NCBI GenBank assembly: GCA_016202645.1
Contig: JACQOF010000097.1
Span: forward strand, 16,955 to 80,954
DNA from: a bacterium
GTDB taxonomy: Bacteria > Lindowbacteria > 2-12-FULL-62-27
Length of the DNA: 64,000 nt
Direction of reading: 5' to 3'
In this document: piece after piece, positions 36,539-44,760 of the stretch
Position numbering within the stretch: position 1 is the stretch's first letter
How the letters are laid out: every line of letters begins with the position of its first letter
Notes under the pieces: generated by a model
The model's input: the letters and a program-made list of their open reading frames with translations, nothing else
The model's database searches: none
Told to the model about the DNA's origin: nothing
Made by a program: the position numbers and the translations under genes

Positions 36539-38001
36539 AGACCGCGATTTCGCGCACGCCTCAACACCGGTCGGATCCGCGCGCCGGGTTTCTCAAAATG
36601 GCGGCGCTGACCTGTGTCGGACGCGCCGGAACGAAACTCGTCCAAAGCTATCTGGACGGCCACCCGAATCTTCGGATGATCCCGGGATACCCCCTGATGT
36701 ATCTCTATCCCCACTGGGAGACATGGCGGCGGGAATACGGGAATCGGCTGACTTGGCACAGGGTGATCGACCTGTTTTGCGAAAAACACGCCTCCGTCAT
36801 CGACACCCGCAGGCTCAATGACCTCCTTGGGTTGGACCGCCTGGGGCCAACCCGGCAGGATTTTCTGGCCATCAACGAGTCCGGATTTCGAAAGCGGTTG
36901 CTTGAAATTCTGTCCGGCAGCCCGATTTGCCGAAAAACATTTCTGCTGGCCGTCCATGAAGCTTACGCCGAATCAGCCGGCGCGCCGTGCGACCGGCATA
37001 CCGTTGTGCTCTATCATATCCATGAGCCGGACTTCGTCCGGGATCTGGTTGATGATTTTCCGGAGATGAAACTCATCGTGATGGTCCGTGAGCCCAAGGC
37101 ATCTTTCGCGTCGACCAAGGTCGCGGAGGATTTTGTGGACCAAGCCAAGCTCAATCCAACGGATTGCATGATCCTTTCCGGCAAGAACGTCGTTCAGGCA
37201 TGTTACTACCAGCAGAAGGTCATGGAGTCGCTCGGCGACATTGTCCGGGACCATCCCGGGGTCGATCTACTGGCAGTTCGCCACGATGACCTGCACCTGC
37301 GCCGCGACCAGACCCTCACTGCTATTTTGCGGTGGCTTGGGATCCCCGAACACCCGGCCATGCGCGTAAGCACCTTCGGAGGGAAACTCTGGTGGGGCGA
37401 TGCGACCAACCGGACGCCGGTGAACGGGTACAACGCGGATGCCCTGTCAGACAAGTGGCGCAAGACACTGAGTTGCGGCGACGGGTTTCTGATCGAAGGT
37501 TTACAATATGAACTCTGCCGGGCGGCCGGATATGAGCCGGCGTACTATCGGAAGGATGACCGTCATAACCGGATCCGCCTGATCCTGAGGGTCCTGCTTC
37601 CCATGCGGGAGGAATGGAGGCTGTTGGGCCGGGCACTCGACCCACGACAGCATATGGCCTTTATTTGGCATGCATGGGCGGAATCGGCGTCGAGCCGCAT
37701 CGATTATTCGTGGAGCGCGACGTACCGTTACAAACGGGCCTATCAAAGATGGGGTCTGTGGCGGCGCCGATGGGAGGAAGGGTTGCTTTCGGCAAGCCCC
37801 AAACGGCCGGCTCGAATCGTCTTCGTTATCGTCCGTTATCTGAGGTTTCTGGGCGCTGCCCTGCGGGCGCCGCTATGGGTTCTTCACAGATACCGGATGA
37901 ATCTGGGGACACTGCGCTACCGTTTGACAGGCAAATCCTATTGTCCTTTGGTGCTGCGGCCGGAGACGGTGGAATCAGTCGAGCAAGTGCCGATATTTTA
38001 G
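36535..38001 (+). CDS. Sulfotransferase family protein (paralog 2)
   Basis: LTCVGRAGTKLVQSYLDGHPNL, VMVREPKASFAS, RHDDLHLRRDQTLTAILRWLGIP and GGKLWWGD. Collinear with 22036-23220. Confidence 0.7.
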   Translation: MKTAISRTPQHRSDPRAGFLKMAALTCVGRAGTKLVQSYLDGHPNLRMIPGYPLMYLYPHWETWRREYGNRLTWHRVIDLFCEKHASVIDTRRLNDLLGLDRLGPTRQDFLAINESGFRKRLLEILSGSPICRKTFLLAVHEAYAESAGAPCDRHTVVLYHIHEPDFVRDLVDDFPEMKLIVMVREPKASFASTKVAEDFVDQAKLNPTDCMILSGKNVVQACYYQQKVMESLGDIVRDHPGVDLLAVRHDDLHLRRDQTLTAILRWLGIPEHPAMRVSTFGGKLWWGDATNRTPVNGYNADALSDKWRKTLSCGDGFLIEGLQYELCRAAGYEPAYYRKDDRHNRIRLILRVLLPMREEWRLLGRALDPRQHMAFIWHAWAESASSRIDYSWSATYRYKRAYQRWGLWRRRWEEGLLSASPKRPARIVFVIVRYLRFLGAALRAPLWVLHRYRMNLGTLRYRLTGKSYCPLVLRPETVESVEQVPIF

Positions 38002-39168
38002 GAGAAAGGCCGTGGCGACGCGTGAGGGATGGCGTCGGATCGGGTGCGTTTCAGGAAAGAGGCGGCGGTACTTTTCCTGCAGAAGTTCGTCCTCGGCCCG
38101 GTCTGCCCAGGCGCCGTCCACGCGGCTGATTAATTCGACGGAGGCATCCAGAATTTCATCCGGGCCATTCTCGATCACCTCGATCCCGGCGCGGTTGTAC
38201 GAATCAGAATCGGTCCACTGGTGCATCCCACATGCGATCACCTCCCCAAACCGGAGAATCCGGCCCCCACGCATATCCCGGTAAAGTTTCGGTATAAACA
38301 GGCTGTGGCGATGCGCCGCGGCGATCGCCAATGGCGTCTGATTGGCCAGAAGATAGGGAACATTGAAGACTGCGGCAAGGTTGAGGAGGCCGGCGGTATT
38401 GCCGATGAAGCATTTGCAATGGGCGACCAGGTAAATGTCGCCGAAATCCGAACGGTGACGCGTGGCGTAGTCAATAACACGGGGATGAATGGCGCCGATC
38501 TCTGTTTCAACCATCGACCCCATGCGCAGCGCCCATACGCCCGATTCAGCAGCCCACAGGGCCGCCGGAATATAGTTTTCGATTGTGCAGTCCCGGAAGT
38601 CATGGTACCGCCACCCGCCGATGCGCCCGGAGGGCAGCGCCGCGTCCAAGTACGCGCGGTCGCGTGCATGAAAACAGACGAAGGGCGCGCCGTCCGGGAC
38701 ACCCATTTCCGCCAGCAGGGCCCGACCGCGGCGATGTTCCGCCGGAGTGAACGTGAGAGAAGGATGTTGGGTATTCCAGACAGACCAATCCTGCCAGCCG
38801 GAAGGTTTGAGGTCGATCCAGATGTCGTCCTCACTCAGCCATGACCGGAGGGCATGATAGATCCGCAGGGCGATGCGGCCCTGAAAGACACGGATCCGTC
38901 GTTTGATCATACGGAGAACCTGCCGGTTGGTCGCTGAGCCGCAGAAGAAGATCTCAACACCGGCCGAATGGGACTCAGGCTGACTCCGTTTTTTCCTCAG
39001 GAAATACTCCGTGTTGGCGATCAGGTGTCCGAAGCGCTCGGAATTGATGCGTCCGAAGCGGATGAGGTTTTGTTTGGGAAGGAGATGAACGAGAAGCCAA
39101 ACCGGCCAGATCAATAAAAATTCCAGCGCCCTTTGGGCGCGCCCCCCCTTGAAACTACAGGCGGCCAA
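37975..39168 (-). CDS. TIGR04372-like putative glycosyltransferase (paralog 2)
   Basis: WRYHDFRDCTIENYIPAALWAAESGVWALRMGSM..HPRVIDYATRHRSDFGDIYLVAHCKCFIGNTAGL. The 3' end overlaps the convergent sulfotransferase by 27 nt. Confidence 0.6.
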   Translation of the reverse strand: MAACSFKGGRAQRALEFLLIWPVWLLVHLLPKQNLIRFGRINSERFGHLIANTEYFLRKKRSQPESHSAGVEIFFCGSATNRQVLRMIKRRIRVFQGRIALRIYHALRSWLSEDDIWIDLKPSGWQDWSVWNTQHPSLTFTPAEHRRGRALLAEMGVPDGAPFVCFHARDRAYLDAALPSGRIGGWRYHDFRDCTIENYIPAALWAAESGVWALRMGSMVETEIGAIHPRVIDYATRHRSDFGDIYLVAHCKCFIGNTAGLLNLAAVFNVPYLLANQTPLAIAAAHRHSLFIPKLYRDMRGGRILRFGEVIACGMHQWTDSDSYNRAGIEVIENGPDEILDASVELISRVDGAWADRAEDELLQEKYRRLFPETHPIRRHPSRVATAFLLKYRHLLD

Positions 39169-40786
39169 GAAGCCTCACAGAAAGTTGCCGCCAGACCAGG
39201 TAGACCAGTCCGTGCAAGCCAAAATAAATTCCGGACAGAACGAGAATGGGTTTCAAGTACACGGCGGAAAGCGGGACCGTCAGCATTTGTTTGTAGATCG
39301 GGGCGGAGAAGTACGCGATGGTGCCCGCGATGTAGAGGGAGCCGAGGATCATGAAGAGAAGGCCGCCCGTCGATCCCGCCGCGCGCTCGAGACTGCTCTG
39401 GCTCCGCGGGGGCATGACCAGCGCCGCCCAGAGGGCAAGGCCGACGATGGCGAGAGTCTGGACGGCGTTGACGGCGTGGGAAAACACCGCAAAAAATGTT
39501 GAGACTCCGGTCTGGCTGTTGGCGATGAAGAGGAGGGACTGGGAGAGGACGAGCAGGAGCAGGGCGTGGGTCCAGAATTTCGCGCGGAGGATGACGCGCG
39601 GGCGGATGGGGAGCGTCTTCAAAAGATACGCGCTCTCGCCCTCGAGCGAAAAGGTCGGATAGACGAACCGGACCGACACCGCGACGATGAGAAGGCCTGA
39701 CACGGTGAGGTTGACGAAGGAGACGAAGTTGATGAGGTAGGCCTGGTCGAGCGGCAGGTCCCGGATGTTGATGATGTGGATGAAGATGAGCGTCAGGAGC
39801 ACCAGCATCTGGGACCATTCGGCGATGTCCCGGTGGAGGAATTTGAAATCCTTGAGGCACAGCGTCAGCGCCGGGCTGCGGCGGGGCCACGCCGCCGAAA
39901 ATTTTATCAGCGTGGCAACCTTGACCTGCGCGTCGGCCTGGGACCGCCAGCCCCGTAGAAACAGCGGATAAGACAGCGTCATGAGAATCACGAGACCCAA
40001 GCTGTTGGCAAGCCACAGGATGCCGAGGTTGAGCCACGCGCCGCCGATATCCCCCCGCGCCATGCACGCGATGGCCTGGGCCGAAAGCGTGTCCGGCGTA
40101 TAGGGATGCGTGGGGACTTCGATCGATTTGAGAATCGCGCCCATCTGGAACGTGTCGAACTCCATCGAAAAGAGGACGCCGATGTCGATCCGGCCCGCGA
40201 AGTCGATCGTCACGTAGGAACCGAGGAGCGCGAGCACGAGCGCGAGGGTTTTGAGGCGATGTCTCGGGAGGGTTGCGTAGGTGGCGCAGAGCAATGTCAC
40301 GCCGAGCGCCGTCGGCAGAACCGTGAGGCCGAGGAGGGCCAGCACCGCGACGACAATGTAATCCCAGCCGAGAATGAAACTGCGGCCCAGGCCGACGGCG
40401 ATGGGCGTTCCGAAGAGAAACACCATCCAGCCGGTTGCCGCCATGCACTCGATGAACTGGACCGCGAAGAGTTTCCGGGGCGGGATCGGCAGGGAAAAAA
40501 GCAGGTCGGATTCCGGGTTTGAATAGAGGATCAGGGCGCCGGACACCAGACTTGAAAACGTCAGCATGATGCAAAACGACAGGTGCGCCATCGCCACGAC
40601 CCGGAACACAAGGGCCGTTCCGATCTCGGGCGTGAGGCGCAGGGTGTCGAAGAGCTGTGTGGAGACCCGGGACGTGAGGACCACGAAGAACGCAAACAGC
40701 GCCACGACCACCATGTTGCGGCGGCCTTCCGGCGACGCTTTGAATGTCAGGAGTCTTTTGAGAAGCCGCCACCGGAGTTGCCACAT
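39155..40786 (-). CDS. Polytopic membrane protein with internal duplication (putative ABC-exporter-type permease, no ATPase nearby)
   Basis: About 12 hydrophobic segments. The motif DLLFSLPIPPRKLFAVQF in the first half recurs as AYLLKTLPIRPRVILRAKFW in the second half. Preferred over the out-of-frame P/R/G-rich ORF 39111-40784. Confidence 0.6.
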   Translation of the reverse strand: MWQLRWRLLKRLLTFKASPEGRRNMVVVALFAFFVVLTSRVSTQLFDTLRLTPEIGTALVFRVVAMAHLSFCIMLTFSSLVSGALILYSNPESDLLFSLPIPPRKLFAVQFIECMAATGWMVFLFGTPIAVGLGRSFILGWDYIVVAVLALLGLTVLPTALGVTLLCATYATLPRHRLKTLALVLALLGSYVTIDFAGRIDIGVLFSMEFDTFQMGAILKSIEVPTHPYTPDTLSAQAIACMARGDIGGAWLNLGILWLANSLGLVILMTLSYPLFLRGWRSQADAQVKVATLIKFSAAWPRRSPALTLCLKDFKFLHRDIAEWSQMLVLLTLIFIHIINIRDLPLDQAYLINFVSFVNLTVSGLLIVAVSVRFVYPTFSLEGESAYLLKTLPIRPRVILRAKFWTHALLLLVLSQSLLFIANSQTGVSTFFAVFSHAVNAVQTLAIVGLALWAALVMPPRSQSSLERAAGSTGGLLFMILGSLYIAGTIAYFSAPIYKQMLTVPLSAVYLKPILVLSGIYFGLHGLVYLVWRQLSVRLLGRL

Positions 40787-40799
40787 GCGGTGAGTCTGC

Positions 40800-41756
40800 T
40801 TAGAGGGGGGTGTCTATGGCGTTGGCGAAGCGGTTCAATGAAGTCAGGAAGCGTGTTTTCAATGTTCGACCGCCGTGAGTTGGACCCCGGTAGGACTCGT
40901 GGGGGTTGACGATTCGGCGAAATCCCGAATAGTCGCATTTGGCGCATAACGGAATCGCCGCGCGGTCGCCGGCCAGCAATCTTCGCCGGATCTCCCGGAA
41001 CCGGTCGCAGAACCAGATGTCCTTGAGACTTTGCGCCCTCACGCTGCCAATTCGTTCGGAGAAATAAAAATCATGTTCGCACAGTCCCACGACGCCTTCC
41101 GCGCTGATCATGATTTTTTCAAACGGCCTCTGGCAAAACGATTTTAAGGGCCGCGACAGGACGGAACCGTTGGGACTGGAGCCGGCGCGATTGTTTAATT
41201 GCGCCGTCAGTTTCCGGCGGTTCAGCCGGACCCGGCCGGGAAAGTCCGGCGCCACCACATCCATAAAGCTCCGAATATTCGGAAACACCGTATCGGTATC
41301 GGAGTAGTTGTTGATTTCCAGAATATCCAGGCCGTTTTCCAGGAGAAGCCGGCCAAGATCATGGGTCAGAGACTTGCCGTTGGTCATGACATGCAATGAG
41401 GCGTTCGAGCAGACCCGCCGGGCCATCGCGACCCAGCGCGGCAGGCGTTTGTCGAGAAGGGGTTCGGTATTGATAAAAAAACAGAGCCGTCCTGTGTACT
41501 TCAGGCCGCCCAGCTCGTCGATGATTTTTTGAAATATGTCTTCCGGCATGGATACATCGGGTCTGGTGTCGAACTGCGCCGCCGCCGCGCAAAAAGAGCA
41601 CGTCCCATTACACTTCTTGCGAAGTTCCAATTCCACGGTATTGAACAGGGCCGGCCGGTTGGCGTCGAAGTGTGCCCGGCCGACCGCCAGCGAAAGTTTT
41701 TCTTTGATCAGGCGTTTCATGCGCCGTTTGATGGTCTGAAGCATGGGTCTGAGCAT
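40800..41756 (-). CDS. Radical SAM protein with SPASM/twitch-like C-terminus
   Basis: ELELRKKCNGTCSFCAAA (CxxxCxxC). C-terminal CQRPFEKIMISAEGVVGLCEHD...IGSV...IW...PLCAKCDY. Confidence 0.8.
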   Translation of the reverse strand: MLRPMLQTIKRRMKRLIKEKLSLAVGRAHFDANRPALFNTVELELRKKCNGTCSFCAAAAQFDTRPDVSMPEDIFQKIIDELGGLKYTGRLCFFINTEPLLDKRLPRWVAMARRVCSNASLHVMTNGKSLTHDLGRLLLENGLDILEINNYSDTDTVFPNIRSFMDVVAPDFPGRVRLNRRKLTAQLNNRAGSSPNGSVLSRPLKSFCQRPFEKIMISAEGVVGLCEHDFYFSERIGSVRAQSLKDIWFCDRFREIRRRLLAGDRAAIPLCAKCDYSGFRRIVNPHESYRGPTHGGRTLKTRFLTSLNRFANAIDTPL

Positions 41757-41847
41757 ATCTTATCAGCGGGATGCCACAAAGCGGCCCAGGCCGACGGCGC
41801 GGGAGTCTGCTTTGCGTTTTGGGGGTAATCAAGGTAACTGTGGGGGG

Positions 41848-42756
41848 ATGAACCGGAAAATTGTGATTTGCCTTCTGTGCGTAATGTTTTTGGCGGCTTG
41901 CAAGTCAGGTCGAGCCCCGGTTACGCAGACTTCTCTTTCGCCGATGCCTTTGAAAACCCGCCTGGCTGTCGTGCCCGTTCAGGGCGGCGGGCCCCTGCAA
42001 TCAGGCTTGACGGAACTTCTGACGGCGGAGCTGATCCAAACGGGACGGTTTATCGTGGTGGAGAGGTCGAGTTTGGCGGAAGTACAGGCGGAACAAGCGC
42101 GAGGCAGTGAGCCGGGATTTTGGGCGGAGGGCAAGGTCACGCCTCGGATGATTCCGGCGCATCTTCTGCTCATGGTCAAGGCGCTCAGTTCCGGCCTGGA
42201 GCAGGACGCGCTGGTGGGGACCATCACGGAGGGAAAGGGCGGGGGATTTCGGCTCAAGCGCGCGAAGTCTGTTCTGGAAGTGCGGCTTCTGGATGTCGGC
42301 ACCGGGCAGATTCTGGAGAGCCGCGTGGTGGAGGCAAGCGCGACCGGCGGGGATCTGGCGGCCGGCGTCGGCGCGGAGGGCGTGATGGTGGGCACGGCCG
42401 TGTTCAACTCGAGCGCCGCTGGGCGCGCGGCGAAGGACGCGATCAAGAAAGCGGCGCGGGCGCTCATGGAAAAATTTCCGAATGAGCGGTGGGAGACGCG
42501 CGTCGCGGATGTAGGCGAGGACGGGAAGGTCTACATCGCGGCGGGTCTGGATGACGGACTCCAGGCCGGCCGCCTGCTGAATTTGCACCGGCCGGGTCGG
42601 GCCGTGGTGGATCCGACGACAGGCGTACAGCTCGCCGTCACGGACGTGCAGATTGGCCAGGTGCGGGTGGATCAAGCGTGGCCGGCGTATTCGACCGGCA
42701 CGGCGATATCCGATACGGCGCCGCGGCGGGGGGATATACTCCGGCCCCGCTTTTAG
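41848..42756 (+). CDS. CsgG-family lipoprotein with extra C-terminal domain
   Basis: Lipobox MNRKIVICLLCVMFLAAC. CsgG-like LAVVPVQ...LTELLTAELIQTGRFIVVERSSLAEVQAEQ. The ORF-track start at 41743 overlaps the divergent gene. Confidence 0.65.
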   Translation: MNRKIVICLLCVMFLAACKSGRAPVTQTSLSPMPLKTRLAVVPVQGGGPLQSGLTELLTAELIQTGRFIVVERSSLAEVQAEQARGSEPGFWAEGKVTPRMIPAHLLLMVKALSSGLEQDALVGTITEGKGGGFRLKRAKSVLEVRLLDVGTGQILESRVVEASATGGDLAAGVGAEGVMVGTAVFNSSAAGRAAKDAIKKAARALMEKFPNERWETRVADVGEDGKVYIAAGLDDGLQAGRLLNLHRPGRAVVDPTTGVQLAVTDVQIGQVRVDQAWPAYSTGTAISDTAPRRGDILRPRF

Positions 42757-42822
42757 AGGATCCTTGCCAAACAGGGCCCGGCGGGCGACAATAACAACGA
42801 GAAATAAAAGAGGAGGCATACG

Positions 42823-43083
42823 ATGAAAGGGTCCAAGGCGCGGAGGCGGGTGAAACAGGCAGCCGGTTACAACCCCGATCCGAACGACGATAAAATTTTG
42901 AGAGAGAAGATGGATGAGCTTTTCAGAAAATATCCGGGACAATATGTCGTCGTTTGTGGTGGAGAGATTTTTGTCGGGCGCAATGCGGCGGCGCTCGATC
43001 GTAAGGCTCGTCGCAAGCATCCGGGAATAACTCCGCACGGTTGTCCAATCCCGCGCCCGCAGGACCTCGTTTGCGTCCTGTAG
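42823..43083 (+). CDS. Small DUF5678-like protein
   Basis: 86 aa. YPGQYVVVCGGEIFVGRNAAALDRKARRKHPG matches the typical DUF5678 pattern (recalled from memory). Paired with a downstream aspartic protease. Confidence 0.5.
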   Translation: MKGSKARRRVKQAAGYNPDPNDDKILREKMDELFRKYPGQYVVVCGGEIFVGRNAAALDRKARRKHPGITPHGCPIPRPQDLVCVL

Positions 43084-43541
43084 TTTTTCCTTACCGTTTA
43101 TTTGGCGGCGTGCTGTGTCCCTTCATTGAATTTGGCATCAAGGGTGTAAGCGGGGAGTGGGTCAAAGCTGACGCCTATGTCGATTCCGGAGCTTTCCTTT
43201 CAGTTTTTTCAATCAGGGATGCAGAAAGGTTGGGTCTTCGTCTCACTGCGGGTGATCTGATTTACGCAAGTGGTGTAGACGGCAAATCAATCCCGGTCTA
43301 CGTCCACCGCATGCCGGTGCAGATCGGGCCACACAAATTTCAGGCGCACATGGGTTTTTCTGAAAAACTCGGTTCCGGATTCAATCTGCTGGGCCGCGAA
43401 GATTTTTTCTCGCGCTTCGACGTTACATTCAGCGACACGAGTCGGCGGCTGATGTTTCAACCGATCAAAGGAAAACCGAAGGCGGGCGGCAAAAGTATTG
43501 TGGCGCTGATGAAGGCACGTCGAAAGAGAAAAGCGTATTGA
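43041..43541 (+). CDS. Retropepsin-like aspartic protease
   Basis: Catalytic AYVDSGAFLSVFS (D-S-G-A). ~160 aa. Overlaps the upstream small gene by 43 nt if the ATG at 43041 is used. Confidence 0.6.
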   Translation: MSNPAPAGPRLRPVVFPYRLFGGVLCPFIEFGIKGVSGEWVKADAYVDSGAFLSVFSIRDAERLGLRLTAGDLIYASGVDGKSIPVYVHRMPVQIGPHKFQAHMGFSEKLGSGFNLLGREDFFSRFDVTFSDTSRRLMFQPIKGKPKAGGKSIVALMKARRKRKAY

Positions 43542-43907
43542 AGTCGCCGCCCCTGGGTACGAGATTCGGGGACTGGTCCACTCGAATTGTGGGGAGGCTG
43601 GTAAACATCACCTGGGTGGTGGAGGAAGGGCCTCCCGCTCCATCGCGAGGACAGGGATGTCCGAGTGTCGGCCGCTCAGGGATGGCCGCTTTTGTCGCGG
43701 GTGCGTCCGCCTTTGGCGGACGCCGGGAGCGCGAGCGCTCCCGCGCCCGCGACCCATCCCACGCGCCGCGAGAAGCGCCGACGGAGTGCGTCTATGACGG
43801 TCATAGACGCACGGGTTCAATCGCATTCACGCGCTGTGGCCTGTTGATTTTCTTTTGATGCATTTCTCTCCTTTTGAAATTATCCGGAACAAATTAGAAT
43901 AACCCAT

Positions 43908-44747
43908 ATGCTGATTTGGATATTACTCGCGATTGCCTTCGGTATGATTGTTGTTGAACGCATCTATCCCGCGATGGATCTGCCCCGTGTCCGTGCGTGG
44001 TGGTTACGGGTTATTCTTGTGAATCTGATTCAACTTGGCATCATCGTTCTGGCCGGACACACGTGGGAACTTTGGTTCTCGTCCGTGTCTCTGTTGCGGC
44101 TCCAAGACCATTTCGGCGATATTGCTTCCGGATTTATTGCCTACTTTATTTCAACCTTCGTCTATTATTGGTGGCACCGCATCCGTCATGAATCCCAATG
44201 GTTCTGGCTCCTTTGCCACCAGCTCCACCATTCGCCGCGGCGGATCGAGGTTCTTACTTCTTTTTACAAACATCCGGTCGAAATCACGCTGAATTCTCTC
44301 TTGAGCGCTGCGATCGTATATCTGTTGCTTGGATGCTCCATCACAGCCGGAGCCATCTACACGTTTTTAACCGCCATCGCCGAATATTTCTATCACTGGA
44401 ACATCCATACTCCCCAATGGATCGGGTACATTCTCCAGAGGCCGGATTCGCACCGGATTCATCATCAGTACCGGCACCATACCCAAAATTTTGCTGATCT
44501 GCCGGTTTGGGACATGATGTTCAAAACGTTCAAAAATCCGGCCAGATTCGATGCCACCTGCGGATTCGACGACTGGCGGGAAGACAGATTTGAGGACGTT
44601 TTGGCGTTCCGGGACATGCATGCCGAGGGCATTGAAAACATCGCACCGCTTCAGTTTCTGCCAACCTGCATCGGCTGCGGCAAACGCTGGGCATGCTATG
44701 AATCAAAGCGCCGCGATCCGGATGTGAAGGACACCAACGTCCCTTGA
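43908..44747 (+). CDS. Fatty acid hydroxylase / sterol desaturase family membrane di-iron oxygenase
   Basis: Histidine boxes WWHRIRH, HQLHHSP and HRIHHQYRHH. Several transmembrane segments. Confidence 0.8.
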   Translation: MLIWILLAIAFGMIVVERIYPAMDLPRVRAWWLRVILVNLIQLGIIVLAGHTWELWFSSVSLLRLQDHFGDIASGFIAYFISTFVYYWWHRIRHESQWFWLLCHQLHHSPRRIEVLTSFYKHPVEITLNSLLSAAIVYLLLGCSITAGAIYTFLTAIAEYFYHWNIHTPQWIGYILQRPDSHRIHHQYRHHTQNFADLPVWDMMFKTFKNPARFDATCGFDDWREDRFEDVLAFRDMHAEGIENIAPLQFLPTCIGCGKRWACYESKRRDPDVKDTNVP

Positions 44748-44760
44748 AGGGTTGAATGTT

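Noticed and set aside
39111-40784. 557-aa minus-strand ORF overlapping the permease gene in another frame
   Set aside because: The composition is dominated by P/R/G/H with no hydrophobic structure, as expected for an off-frame read of GC-rich coding DNA. The alternative frame (39155-40786) gives a coherent polytopic membrane protein with an internal repeat.
41238-41250. GGGAAAGTCCGGC string resembling the conserved RNase P RNA P4 motif (GAGGAAAGUCCGGGC)
   Set aside because: It lies inside the well-supported radical SAM CDS, is an imperfect match, and has no flanking RNase P helices.
40800-43541. RiPP cluster hypothesis (rSAM/SPASM maturase + exporter + protease + 86-aa precursor)
   Set aside because: The protease and small gene are on the opposite strand, separated from the rSAM by the lipoprotein gene. 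They form a pair type that I recall occurring on its own. The 86-aa protein has no leader/core-like Cys/Ser/Thr-rich C-terminus. The hypothesis is kept only as a remote possibility.
43538-43858. 106-aa ORF (and the antisense 72-aa ORF) in the 43.5-43.9 kb spacer
   Set aside because: It is Arg/Gly/Ala-rich and spans three consecutive hairpins/palindromes. It is more likely non-coding structured DNA/RNA.
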